Shown: in pieces, positions 38,996 through 52,370 of the stretch | Layout: each line of letters starts with the position of its first letter | Numbering within the stretch: position 1 is the stretch's first letter | Origin: Hemiscyllium ocellatum | Taxonomy: Eukaryota | Direction of reading: 5' to 3' | Length of the DNA stretch: 64,000 nt | NCBI RefSeq assembly: GCF_020745735.1 | Contig: NC_083412.1 | Span: 71,576,320 to 71,640,319 of the forward strand | The notes under the pieces: generated by a model | The model's input: only the letters and a program-made list of their open reading frames with translations | Databases searched by the model: none | Told to the model about the DNA's origin: nothing | Made by a program: the position numbers and the translations under genes

Positions 38996-39719
38996 TTATC
39001 CATTTTAGTACTACACATTGGAGGGCATCAACACCATGCATTGTCATAATGCTGCCAGGCCACTTTGTGCACAGGAACTGAGACCCATCTGATTGATTGA
39101 AAAAGGGTGCATAATAGGCATCCCCATTGTTCACTTGTCACTCATGCACTCTGTACCTATTCAGATGCTCACAACATCCCTGTCTTATCCTTGCCATGCC
39201 CTTTTGTGCAAAACTTGCAGGCTGACTACATCAGCCTTGTTTTCTCTCTTAGCATGGACACAAAGCCAGGAAATTGGTCATATTTTCAAGCAGTGATTAG
39301 TGAAGGAGCTGGTCTGTTGCTTTAAGGTACTGTGCCACGTTACTCTTATACCTGCAACATGTGCCAGGAACTGCAAACATCCTGCAGATGCTTCAGCCAA
39401 ATGGCCATGTGTGAAAGTCTGAAGGGGATTAGTCCTCAGTCAACTCAAGTTAGTCATGTGATGCTGCCACAATGAGTCAAGAACTTAATCTGACTTCTGT
39501 CCAGGGGCTTGCAAGTGGTTGACTGGGCACTTGTGGCAATCTGCATCAAGAGTGCCATATCACTACCATCTGGTGAATGGGTCCATGGCCAATCCTGGTG
39601 TTAGGCAATGGACAGTACCTCAATTGCTGGCCAATGCAAGTTTGTGCCATATAGGTGTGTGCACATATTGGAGCTAAGAAATAGACGGTTGCACCAGATG
39701 ACTCACTGGAGCTCACAGA

Positions 39720-39965
39720 GAGAATTCTTCCATGAAACTCCTGAAATGGACACTTAGGATTAAATTTTACCAGAGATTGTCTATCTCTTTTTACTAGATT
39801 GTTAGTGAAAATATTTGCCAAGGTCCATTCACCACTGACTTGGAAATATATCGCCATTTCCTCAGTATCGCTAGGTCAAAATCTCGGAGTTCCCTCAAAG
39901 GAATCTGGGGCCACATCGTCTGTAGCCCACCACCATCTTCAAGGCCAATTATGGATGGACAATTC
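39720..39965 (+). mobile_element. LINE-B 3' fragment
   Basis: ctgacttggaaatatatcgcc..ggtcaaaatc..cccaccaccatcttc. Confidence 0.6.
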
Positions 39966-41064
39966 AAATTGTCCAAGCGAGCAACACCTATTTCTGTGCC
40001 AGAATACAGAAGTCCCAAATATGTTATCAAATGCATTTAGATGAACCTGAATCAATAATAATTTGTGGAAAATGCTCCAAAGAAATAAATATCCCTTTTA
40101 AGTAAAAAGAGTGACAGTGTTGTAGAGTCTGTTCCCTTCCCAGCAGCACACCATCTGGCTCTACCTACATCCTTGGGCACTTATTTCATTGCAGCCTGTA
40201 TGAGGCAGTTTATATTTGTTCAGCTTCTCCAATCTGACCTACTGTCTGCACTGCCCAGTTACAGAGTGTGTGGCTATGGCTCGTAATTTTTATTGAATTT
40301 CATACATTCATACCAACATTGAAGACTTTTAAAGTTCACCCTCAGGCTTTATTTTTTTCTAGCAACACCATTCCCAGATTCTGTAGTCTGTTTTCACTAT
40401 AGAGTGATAACCAATTCTGTAAACAGTTCTTCAGACAGCATTGAACCATATTTTGCAAGAGCTCCGCACTGACATATGGTTTATGCACCTGGCAATGCTT
40501 ACTTTCTTTTCATTATTTCTTTTGCAAAACATGCTGCTGATGAATGCGGCAAGTTGTTCTGTTTGACTTCCTGCAACATGTGCTGGTTGATTCTATAGCC
40601 TTGCTGTTATTACTCCTCTGTATTCTCACCAACGTGCATTTGTTCACATTAAACAGCAGTTCCTCTCATCAAACCCAGACTCTCAATTAGATCTTTTACA
40701 TTGACTTACTATATTCCTTGGTAATTATAAGCTCCTCACCTTAACCTGTAAATGGTCTTTAAGCATGGCAGCACTGCTTACAATCTAAGTTTCAAACCTT
40801 TCTGTATAATGTGAAGACAAACACTCTGAAGAATTCACATTAAGACATTCAAGTAATCAACTCCTTTCATTCTATTGCAACTTAATACGTAACCAACATT
40901 TGTTGTTGCTAGTTGTTACATTTTCTGATCTGGTCCTTAAGCTTCTCAGTTATGCACTGCATCCTAGCCTTATATTTACATCTCTTGTACCAAACAGCTA
41001 AGTATGGACCTTTTTTAGTCAGATGTTTAACCTAGTAGTGTACCTGTACTGCTAAATTAGCAGG

Positions 41065-42460
41065 AATCAGCTGGAGCACAAGTAGACCAATCACCCGCTC
41101 CAACTCAGTCCACCATGCAACTTGACCATGATGATTAACAACTCAATACCACTTTCCCATGTTATTGATGACTGTTTTGAATCTGCTCAGTAAGTGAGCT
41201 TTCACTGCTCTCTGGATTGGAGAATTCCAAAGATTCATTAACTTGAGTGAACAAATTTCTCTGCATCTCAGGCCTACCTCTCATTCTAAGACCATGTCCC
41301 TGGTTCTAGACCACCCAGACATGGGCAACACCCTTTATATATCCAGTATAGTCCCTTAAAATTTGTAAGTTTCAATGAGATCCCTGTTATTCATCTAACC
41401 CCTTTTCCCAATGTCTCCTGATGGTTACCTGGGATGGTAGGATCATACCAACAGGGAAACTTGCTGCACCATCCTTATTTAAGGAATCCCAAATCACACA
41501 GAATGCCACATGTATGGTCTATACATATACAGCAAAACATCTTTAATCCTGTACTCAAATCCTCTTGCAGTAAAAAGGTCAGCATACAATTTGTCTTTTT
41601 TTACAGCACTTTCATGTTAATTTTCAGTGACTCAAACAAGGATGCCCTGGTTTCATCAACGTCAATATTGCCCAATACCCTGTATTTTTGCTTTCCCTAC
41701 AGACTGGATAATTACACATTTTTCTGCATTGTGTCATCTCTCACATTCTTCCCAACTCACCTAAGCAGTCTAAATCCCCTTTGCATCTTTCTTACATCTC
41801 ACATTCCCACCTCGTTTTGTGTCATCAGCAAACTTAGAATTATTACATTTGCAAATCATTAAGGGTTTCGAGAGATATGGGCCAAATGCTGGCAAATGGG
41901 AAGACAGTAATTTAGGATATCTGGTCAGTATGGAAAGTGGAATGAAAGGGTCTGTATGACTCTGAGCTCGGGCTCAAGACTGATCCTTGCGATACTCCAC
42001 CGTCACAGTCTGCCATCAAGAATGGCGTGTTTGTTCTTACGCTCTGTTTTCTTTCTATTAACTAATTCTCATTCCATGTCAGTATATTAATCTCAAAGCC
42101 ATAAGATTCAGTTTTGTTTACCAACTTCATGTGAGAATTTATCTAAATGTACCACATCCACAGACTTCCTTTTATATATTCTATGAGTTACATCCTCAAA
42201 AAAACTCCAAGCATGATTTCCCTTTCATAAATCTGTGTTGAGTCTATTAATCCTACAATAATATTTTTGATGTCCAGTTATCACTTCCTTCAAAATGAAT
42301 TCTAGCTTTAAGCTAAGGCGTTTGTATATTCCTGTTATTTGCTCTCCCACTTTTATTAAGTAATGCAGTTAACATTTGTTACTTGCTAATTTTCAGGAAC
42401 CATTCCAGAATTCATAGAAGGCACAGTTAGCCTCTTTCAACACTCAAAGGTGTAGATCAC
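41065..42460 (-). mobile_element. Old CR1 fragment(s), with a short plus-strand CR1 tail at ~41860-41965
   Basis: gtgtcatcagcaaactt (rc KFADDT), gatccttgcgatactccac (rc GV.QGS). Confidence 0.65.
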
Positions 42461-42589
42461 TGGAATGACGCCCTTAACAATTAGACCATTAGGCTTTGGC
42501 CTTGACTGGGGCCAATTTTTATTTCACCGATTTTGTTGAATGGGTCATTTGATAATAAGAATTCTATTGTTTGGTGATTGACAGTGATC

Positions 42590-42672
42590 CAGCTCCCTTG
42601 TTACAAGGACTCTCCGTGTGTAAACAAAAGGTGACTTGGTGACGGGATACTGGCCTCTATGGAGTTACTTCA
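42590..42672 (+). mobile_element. Fragment of the Mag-Gypsy LTR (3' part; possible solo LTR)
   Basis: aaaaggtgacttggtgacgggatactggcctctatggagttacttca matches 48688-48736. Confidence 0.7.
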
Positions 42673-43107
42673 CATTATTATCAACAAGACATTTCAATAC
42701 TCTTCAACTTGATGCAGGAATGGTATTTGTTTTCATAAAAATTGTATAACTGAGAAAAAGACACCATGAAATAACAGACATGATTTGAAATGTTTGTTAT
42801 AATTTGATGTTTGCTCCATCAGTATTTTCAATTTCAAGGGTATTAAAATGTTGGTTGAAATGTATCTGACAATCTTAACTAATCGGAATAAACATTTTTC
42901 AATGTTTTCTGGATGCTGCCAACACTAGATCAAATCTAGGGCTAAACAATTAATTCAATGGCTTGGAAAAAGCATGGTGAAATACCAGCAGTTTTTAGAT
43001 GCCTAATCACTATAATCACTTTCCATTCCTTGCTTTGGGGCTCCCTCATTCCCCATAGCATTAATGGTCAAATTCCAAACTTTTGCCAAAGTATCCTTTC
43101 AACTGGT

Positions 43108-44335
43108 CATGGAGTCATAGAGATATACAGCATAGAAATAGACCCTTCCATTGCCAGCATTTGGCCCCATATACCTCTAAACCCTTCCAATTCATATACC
43201 CATCCAGATGCCTTTTAAATGTTGTGATTATACCAATCTCCACCGCCTCCTCTGGTAGCTCACTCCATATGTGCACCAACCTCTGCATGAAAAAATTGCC
43301 CCTTAAGTCCTTTTAAAATCTTTCACCTTCAACCTATGGTCTCTAGTTTTGGAGTCCTCTACCTTGAGGAAATGACCTTGACTATTCATCCCATGCATGC
43401 CCCTCATGATTTTATAGACTTCTATAAAAGATCACCCCACAGACTACAAGGCTCCCACTAGATAGGTGCTAACCAGGAAAAGTAGTGAGAACGTAAAAAT
43501 TAGGCCATTTAACCCATTCAATGGTGGAGCAGACTCAATCATGTCTGATAAGTCTCTCAAACTCATTCTCCTGCTTTGTCCCTATAGCCCTTGATAATCA
43601 AGAAACTATCTCTTTCCATCTTAAATATACTCAATGACCTGGCCTCACAGCCTTCTGTGGCAGTGCATTTCACAGATTCACTACTCTCTGGCTGAAGAAG
43701 TTTCTCCTTATCTCCATTCTAAAAGGTTTTCCCTTTACTATAAGGCGGTGCCCTCAGGTCCTAGTCTCTCCTACCAATGGAAACATCTTCCCAACATCCA
43801 CTCCGTCCAGGGCATTCAGTATTCTGTAAGTTTCAAGTAGAACCCCCTCATCCTTCTAAACTCCATCGAGAATCGACCCAGAGTCCTCAAATGTTTCTCA
43901 TATGTTAAGCTTTTGGCGGCACGGTGGCACAGTGGTTAGCACTGCTGCCTCACAGCGCCAGGGACCTGGGTTCAATTCCCGCCTCAGGCGACTGACTGTG
44001 TGGAGTTTGCACGTTCTCCCCGTGTCTGCGTGGGTTTCCTCCGGGTGCTCCGGTTTCCTCCCACAGTCCAACGATGTGCGGGTCAGGTGAATTGGCCATG
44101 CTAAATTGCACCTAGTGTTAGGTGAAGGGGTATATGTAGGGGTATGGTGGGTTGCGCTTCGGCGGGTCGGTGTGGACTTGTTGGGCCGAAGGGCCTGTTT
44201 CCACACTGTAAGTAATCTAATCTAAAAAAAAAATTTTCATTCCTGAGACCATTCTCGTGAACCTCCTTTGAACCCACTGCAGGGGCAGTACATTCTTCCT
44301 GAGATATGGGGCCCAAAAATCCTCACAATCCTAGT
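43108..44335 (-). mobile_element. Two CR1 3' fragments (43108-43455; 43490-44335, the latter split by an HE1 SINE)
   Basis: gtcatagagatatacagc tail; sequence resumes after the SINE (ttcattcctgagacc). Confidence 0.7.
43915..44232 (+). mobile_element. HE1 SINE, full-length young copy
   Basis: GGCGGCACGGTGGCACAGTGGTTAGC A box, GGGTTCAATTCCC B box, V-domain, gggccgaagggcctgtttcc CR1-like tail, aatct repeats. Confidence 0.92.
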
Positions 44336-45674
44336 GGTATAAATGGGTGCAGTTTGTGTCATCTCATTTTGGGGATTGTGGTTTACAGTTACGACATAAA
44401 AATGACCACGAATGACAACCTGTGTTGTTTAATTATCGTGTCAAAGGAATTGTGAATGACCATGATAAAAGTTGTCATTTTTGCTTTATCAGTCAAAGCT
44501 ACAGTCAGAATACAGAGGCAGCTATGACTTTGATGATGTAACGCTCGGCCTTTATAGGCTAATAAACTTGAAATTATTCAAGTGAAGAAAATTCCTCAGG
44601 GAAAATGGGCTGCCCTTAGATTTCGAACCTACTGTGCTTGTTTTTTTCAGGCACTGCTGTGGATGAGAAACTGCTTGGCATCAAAAAATTGAAGTACAAT
44701 CTTTTGGGAAAAAAAAAATTGGAATCAGGATTGATCTTCCTGGCTCCACAGCACTCCTGACAAGATGTGATCAATGCCTTCTCTGCACTTTTGTGAGGGC
44801 AGTTTGAACTTCACCTGCTGACCTGGTTGTGGAGATCAGATAGCTGTTAAAATGACTGAACCAGACACCCAATATCAGGCTAGCCATGAGAATCCCATTG
44901 GGGGAAATCAACAGTGTTTAATAGGCGGATTCTAGGTCCAAATTCCAGCCCAAGCTAATTTCTATTCCTCTGTGTTCCTAGTCAGTAACAGTACAGCTAT
45001 TTCCTTTGTTATACATACTAAACAACCCTGAAAATAACATTCATCCTGACACATTTTAAGGATTAGGTACGACTGCATTTTTCATTGCATCTGTAGGAAA
45101 ATCCTGATTAAAATGTAATCCTGATGCAAGAGTAACATTCTTTGTAAAATTAATTCCACATTAATCAGGATTTTAGTAATTCTGCTTAGTCTGTAAGAAT
45201 TCCTAATTATGCAATCTTTTGTGTATTAGATTTCAACACTACACTAAAAGCTGGCTAGTCCTAACTGGTCTAGCATCTGTAACTGCAAATAAGTCCGATT
45301 TATTTAACATTGAAATTTTATTTGAATAATAAATCATAGCTTATTTGCAAGAAGTCAGCATTTAAGAAGTTAAAATTCTACCAAATTATTATAATCCTGA
45401 TTGCTAGTTGAAGGACAAAGCCAATTTTTACTGAGGATGGATTTGTTAACAGAGTGAAACGTTATAGGTTTTTTCAGATTGCACTAAACTTCTAGGTCAA
45501 TAGGTGTCTCTTCACATGTGTTCCGGTAAGGATCCAAATCAATGCCCTCCACATTTATGTGCCTAATTTCAATTGATGCAATTATCAAAGCATAGAAGAG
45601 GGATGAACAATTGGTACTAGATCAGGAGATGCGAACTGGCTAGAAGTGGGATTACCTGTTCTGCTGGCAACAGA

Positions 45675-45790
45675 GGAGTATCGTAGTACAACAATATTGT
45701 CCCTACCTCTCGGTTGGGAGCTTTACATTCAAGTGTCACCTGCCCTACATATGCACAAACAACATTTCAGAACAGGCTGATTAAAAATAT
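45675..45790 (+). mobile_element. Short tRNA-derived SINE relic
   Basis: Homologous to 55100-55212 (gtccctacctct..ttcaagt..gaacaggctgatt). Confidence 0.5.
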
Positions 45791-46742
45791 CTGCTGGCAT
45801 GGGGGAAAACAGTGAGGAGAAAAAGGAGAAGGTTCCCTCCTGTACTGGAGTTAAGGAAGGACAATGATGTAGTGGACTTAGACATTAACTAGCAACATAA
45901 TACCATGACTGCCAAGCCTGATTAGCCATATTCCTGGAGGTTTCATCCCATGACCATGCTGCGTTCCGATGCAGCGCCACAATCATGCCATTGTTGAGAG
46001 ACAATGGACAATGCATCAATTCATACAGTGCAGCATCTTCCTAAACTGATTAGAAGATAAAAAAAACTATTAGCCAATTGAATGATTCTTGATTTTCAGT
46101 CAGACAGCCTTCCTGTTCCATGTTTGATGTTTCTCTATAATTTCTGGGGCAAAATGCTGGGCACCCCTCACCTAACTGCATTAACCTTTACCCCACAAAC
46201 AGCAGCAGTTCAAAAATAAGGACCAGCGTATCACCCAAGAACAGTTAAAAACAGAAGTTAAACCGCCATCTTCCAAAAATGTAAATTAATGTCCATTTAT
46301 ACACTGCCTTTAAAACATAAAACCAAATGCTCCAAAACACCTTGTAATCAAACTTACAAGTCAAAAAAAGAGTTTATAGATGGTGCAATTCAAACCATAG
46401 TCATTGGGTAGGTTAAGGAAAATCCCAAAGGATTGACAGAAGTGATGAAAGAATTTGGGGACAGAATCCAGAACTTAGCTTGAGATAATTATGAATAGCT
46501 ACTAATAACAGTTCAAGAAATTGGGGAAACTACTAAACAAAATTAAAAAGATTGAAATACAGAATGCTTGGAGAGTTGTCAGGCTGAATGAGCTCACAAC
46601 AATATGTAGGGTTTTGGCGTGAAAGAAGTTAAAAAAAATGACAATTTTTAAATCAAAATTTGGTAGGCATTTAGCAACTAATGTAGGTCACTGCATGTTA
46701 GGATACTAACAGAGAAAAAGGAATAGGCTAACATTTATGGGG

Positions 46743-46964
46743 ATTGAGAGCGTGTTGCTAGAAAAGCACAGCAGATCAGTCAGCATCAGAGGAGCAGGAA
46801 AATAGATGTTTCAGGCCAGAGCCCTTCCTCAGCCTTTCTTGATGAAGGGTTCTGGCCCGAAACGTCAATTTTCCTGTTCCTCGGATGCTGCCTGACCTGC
46901 TGAGCTTTTCCAGCAACACACTCTCAACTGTGATCTCCAGCATCTGCAGACCTCACTGTGTCCT
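46743..46964. mobile_element. Palindromic mini-Penelope with two back-to-back decayed hammerhead motifs
   Basis: Inverted arms meeting at ~46833; tail on the right arm only; approximate TSD ACATTT(A)TGGGG. Confidence 0.82.
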
Positions 46965-47234
46965 GACATTTTGGGGGGGATGGGAGGCTGAAATACCGAG
47001 AATTTGAAACAGAAGGTCAATCTGACTTGAATCTTCCTAATGGAGGTGGGATGAACGATGGATAGTTAGTTCACAGGGAGGAAGTACATAGTTCAAATAA
47101 TTTCAAAGAGCTTTTATTTTTTACAGCGTTTCAATTTTTAAACCCATTTTTATTGGGTTTTTGTAGACCCAACCAAGTTAACAGAGAATATGCAAACCTC
47201 TCTGTAGGTGTTCCTGTGGGTTGGTATCTCTGGC

Positions 47235-48340
47235 CCAACTATCTTGAGCTGATTCATCAATGACCCTCCCTCCATCCAAAATGGTCAGAAGTGGAAATGT
47301 TAATGTTTGCTGATGATTGCACAACATTCAGCACCATTGGCAACTCCTCATATATTGAGGAGGTCCATGTCCAAATACAGCAAGACCTAGGTAAAAATCA
47401 GACTGAAGGTGAAATATGGCAAGTGACATCTGTACAACACAAGTGTTGGGCAATGACCATCTCCAAACAAGAGAGAGGGAGTCTAATCATTGCTCTTTGA
47501 AATTTCAATTACACGGAATTGTGATGATTCTGTGGCTTTCAAGAGGTTATTTGGTCCCAGTATTTATTGAAGACAGGCTGTAAGGCAGAGGTAATGAGCT
47601 GCCTACTGAAGGCCACTTGAGTAAACAGCTTGTGAGCCCTTGAATTTTTTTAAAAAAAACCTTGGAACAATGGAAGCAGCCTGGGTGTGGCCAGCGCTCA
47701 CAGATCAGGTTTTTCAGTTTTTTAGGTTTAGCTTTTAGGTTTAAGTTTAGGCAGGAGCTAGTGGCGTCTCCAGAGAGTTGAAGGTTTCACTGAATGTCTC
47801 TTGGCTGCTTCTCTCTCTCTGAATTTTCTCTTAATTTTTATCCCCTCCTGGACTAGAGAACTGCATGTGAGAATGTATGTCTGAATTTTTCTTTCTTTAC
47901 CAAGGGGTGTGTTTATGGCATGTTACTATATTGGAACAGTTAGTCAGTAATAGTTACTGTATCTATTATTGTGTTAAGTTTCTTATGGAGTTAAGTTATT
48001 CTAAATATCTCTTTCTTTGATTGTATTTTAGTTACAAAATGGAGTTTTGCTAAATGTTGAGTAGCTTAACAAGTCGCATTGCATCGGGAACACACACCTT
48101 ACATTTGCCTCTAAAATAAGAAGTAGATAGGGTCTAGGCTACCTTCTTAAAATATCTGGTCTGGTCCATGACAGTATCCCCCAGTGTCAACATCCTGGGG
48201 TGTTACCATTGAACAGAAACTGTACTGGCCTAGCCACATAAATACTGTGGCTACAATAACAGGTTGGGGGCCAAGAAACCCAAAGTGAGTAAACCACCTC
48301 TTGACTCTCTAAAACCTATACTCCATCTTCAAGGGTGAAG
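47235..48340 (+). mobile_element. LINE-B RT fragment split by a solo LTR
   Basis: LMFADDCTTFSTI..IQQDL; sequence continues after 48173 (tccccc..caacatcctgggg). Confidence 0.75.
47520..48173. mobile_element. Solo LTR (~654 bp)
   Basis: TGTGATG...CATGACA termini, 4-bp TSD GAAT/GTAT, cleanly interrupts LINE-B. Confidence 0.7.
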
Positions 48341-51300
48341 TTACAAATGTAGTGTAACATTGAATGTGATTAAGCTTGTTTAATTAAGACTTACCACAAA
48401 ATGCTTTTCACTTGAATAGATTAACATTTCATGGCATGATTAGTTGGCATATATCAGTTAAGTAGAAGATTTTCATATGTCTCAATGTATTTGAATGTTG
48501 AGTCTCCTTGTGACATACTGCCGTGATTGTAACAAGGTCAGCTGGGTGAACGTCACATAACATGAGTTTCCTGATTAGGGCTGTTAACAGCGCCAGTGAG
48601 GCTTGGCTGACAGATACAAACAGGAGTCTCAGACATCCTATTCACTCTGAGGAAGGTGGATCAGTGTCAAAGACTTTCCACTTATAAGTAAAGGGTGACT
48701 TGGTGACAGGATACCGGCTTCTGTAGAGTTATTTCAGCAGTGATGAGAGAAAAAAAAAGGAGCTTGCAGAAATTTGGTCACAACAGTCATCTTTGAGTAG
48801 GGGTAAGTATTTCTGGCATCGTACCATTATTTGGGAAATAATTCTATTGATAGCCTGTGGATCCGCAGGTTTTTTGGTTAATAGGGGATTAGTATTTCCT
48901 GAGGCACAAGATACTAAAATATTTCAGGAGTTGACAGATTTAGTTAAGGAATATTACAACCCCAAGCCTCCTCTAAATCAGAGACGGTATTGGTTTTACT
49001 CGCGAGTTTGAGAATCTAAGGAGTCCATGTCAGGATTTTTGTTGAGATTAAGATGAATGGCAGAGGAATGTGACTTTGGTTTAGCCCTCATTGAGATGGT
49101 TGAGACACTATTTGGTATGTGGGATTAATGATATAACCATGCAATAGCACCCACTGGCTGAAGGCCAACTGCACTTCAAAACAGACACTACAACTGGCTT
49201 TATCATTAGAAAATATGGTGTAGGGAAAACTACTTGAGTAAAGGCAATTGCATAGCCTCACTCAGGACATGTCCTGGACAAAGGGAATGTAAGTCAGCCA
49301 AACAGCAATAAAACAAAAACAAAGCCAAGGCTCAGCCAAATGGTTAAAATTTTCTTCAGGATAATGGTTGCAAGCCTTAGTAGTTGCTGCCAGTACGCAG
49401 TTGCGAGACATATATAAAAAAAATCTCACTAGACTGATATTGAGTAAGATAACTCACAGGTCAGAATCCAGCAGAGTGGACACTCTGGAAAGCCCACATA
49501 CATCAGGCTTGGAAGAGTTAAATTGCAGCTGGATCAGTGATTGGTGAAACAAACAAGCAAAGTCTTTAACAAAATGGACTTCAACCTTTAAGTGTGTGTA
49601 AGACCTCAGCTATGCTAAGAACCTGTACAGGGGAGCTTTTACAGATTAAGGGTACAACTTCCATTTTACTCTCTCATAAGCAGCAGTTACCACTGATTGT
49701 AGTCAAGAGGCTCTGGCTCAAACCTGATGGGGTAAAATTGGTTGAGATATTCATCAAGATTGACTCAACATTTTGATTGAAAATGGCTGCCTTAGTGAAG
49801 CCCTAGTGAAATGTCTGGAAGATTTTTCAGGACGGTCTAGGGACTGCTAAAGGAGCCAAACCCACCTTACAAATTGACCAGGAAGAATTTCCCTTATGTG
49901 CAACAGTATAGGCAGAAATCAGAAGACTAGAAAGGCAAACCAGTCCAATTTGCAGAATTATCAGCACCAGTTGTACAGATTGTGAAGCCCAGTGGGTCAG
50001 TTCCCTTTTGTGGGGATTTTAAACGAGCAGCAAACCAACTCTTGGGTTTGGATAAGTACTCATTTCCTTGAATGGAGGACTTTTCTTAGTGGGGGAGGGT
50101 GGCGGGTGGGGGGGGATTGGCGGAAGGAGGGAGAAGGAGAGTTGTCTTTCACGAAGCTGGATAGGAGCCATGCATAACTGCCATGGTTGTTAGATGAGGA
50201 TTTGCAGAGGTATGCTATAATTAATTCCCCAGGGCTTGTACCAATATATAAGAATGCCACTTGAGGTATCACCAGCCCTGTGCTAATTTTCAGAAGATGA
50301 AAAAGAACATTTTACAAGGTCTACCCCAGGTCGCCATTTACCTGTATGACACGTTTAACAACTGAGAAGACCAATAAGCAGCACTTGGAGAACTTGGACA
50401 CAGACCCTAAACATTTTTCTGAGGCAGGTATATGCCTTAGAAGGGAAAAATGTGTTTGAAGCACCCCAAGTGATCTATTTGGACAAGAGAGCCTATAACA
50501 GCGGGTTACACCTGTTGGAAGATAAAGTGAGGGCAATCAAACATGCCCTTGCATGCACGTCTGCACTAGAGCTTAGGTATTTCTTTGGGTTGGGGAATTA
50601 TTAAAAGAAAGTTCACATATAACCTAGCCTCCATCTTAGCACTCCACATCTGCTATTGAGGAAAGGGTCAGCATTGGAAGAGGTCTTGCAGCTAGGATGT
50701 AGTATTTAACTAAGTGAAGACACAGCTTTGCCATATAAAAGGTATTGACACATTATGGTCCCAAACAAGATGTGGTGATGACATGCAATGCCTTCCCCCT
50801 GCAGTATCAGGGTAGTGTTGCCTCACAGACAGACAGGAATGCCCGACAGCACACGCTTCCAAGACTTCAGCTGATGCAGAGCATGAATATGCCTAAATAA
50901 AGAAGAAAGATTTAGTGGTTATCTTTGGTGTGAGGAAGTTCCATCAATACCTTTATGGATGTAAATTTGTAATATTAACAGACCATAAATCCCTGCTATG
51001 GCTACTCAAAGTGCACAAGGCCATGCCACCAATAGCTTCAGGTCAAATTCAAGATGGGGTCTCATTCTAAATGCAACACCATCCAGTAGGCCAAGTAACA
51101 AATGCTGATGCCTGGAGTTGCCTCCTGCTGGCAGAAACATGCCTGGAGTGTCAACACAGACAAATATTACCACCAATGACCAGGTAAACCCTGGACTCAG
51201 TTAGATGTCAGCTAGGCTGGCACTTTCATGGACTCAATCTTCTTGATCATTATGGATGCCTACTCAAAGTGCTTGAACATGCATAGAGTTCATTTAAATC

Positions 51301-52201
51301 AAACACACAGGGAGGACAATAGAAAAGCTGCGAGCATCTTTTGCAATACATGGATTCCCAGAAGTAATGGTCACAGACAACAGGCCATCATTTACCAGCA
51401 GGGAATTGGAATAATTCCTAAAGTCGAATGGCATTCAACATATAAGAACAGCTCTATACTATCCATTGCCCAATGGTCTGGCAGAAACAGCAGTTAGAAT
51501 CTTGAAGGCAGGCTTAAAGAAACAGATCCACTAGATACCAACTGTCCTGGTTCCTATTTGATTAATTAATTATTGGACCAGCCATCATGCAACTACAGAG
51601 CTGCTAACGGGGAGAAGACTCTGCACCAGATTAAATCTGATCTTTCATGATCTGGGGTTTGGTGAAACAGCATCAGCAATGCCAGTGCCAGTGCCAGACA
51701 CAAGACTCCTCTAAGCAAGAGAGAATGACAGTTTATTTCAGGGGAAGAAGTTTGGTGTCAAAATCATGGAAGTGACCCTGCATGGCTAAGAGGCATAGTC
51801 GGCACAAGGGCAGCACTACTTGACAGACAAAATTCAGGTAGGTGAGGCAGCCCTGAACAAGCATGTGGAGCCTATGCAACTGGAAACAGGGTAGGAGTAA
51901 AACCCACCTGACCCTTCAGAACAGCCGGAAAGGCTGTCAGAACCCATGGGTTCTTCCCCTCCATCTAGTGAGGAAACTTCGGAGATCAAGATGGACACGG
52001 CAGATGTCGCAGCCTTGACACCTTTACCAACTGAAGATTAATTTCTTCCCAGTTGGCCCAGAAGCAAGAGGCAGACTATGGTCCAGTACATACCACTCGT
52101 ACCCGAGGCAAAGTCAGAGGATCCTGACCCAGTGCAAAAAATGTTGAAAATGTGTTGCTGGTTAAAGCACAGCAGGTTAGGCAGCATGCAAGGAATAGGA
52201 A

Positions 52202-52237
52202 ATTCGACGTTTCGGGCATAAGCCCTTCATCAGGAAT
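52202..52237 (-). ncRNA. Minimal type I hammerhead ribozyme in the Penelope pLTR
   Basis: rc ATTC-CTGATGA-A-GGGC-TTAT-GCCC-GAAAC-GTC-GAAT: stem I, CUGAUGA core, stem II, GAAA, GUC site; stem III reduced to palindromic ACGT. Confidence 0.8.
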
Positions 52238-52370
52238 GAGGAGAGTGTGCTAAGCAGGCTAAGATAAAAGGTAGGGAGGAGGGACTTGGGGGAGGGGCGA
52301 TGGAGATGTGATAGGTGGAAGGAGGTCAAGGTGAGGGTGATAGGCCGGAGTGGGGGTGGGGGCGGAGAGG

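Noticed and set aside
43915-43985. tRNA gene-like sequence
   Set aside because: It is the tRNA-derived head of an HE1 SINE and continues into the V-domain and LINE tail
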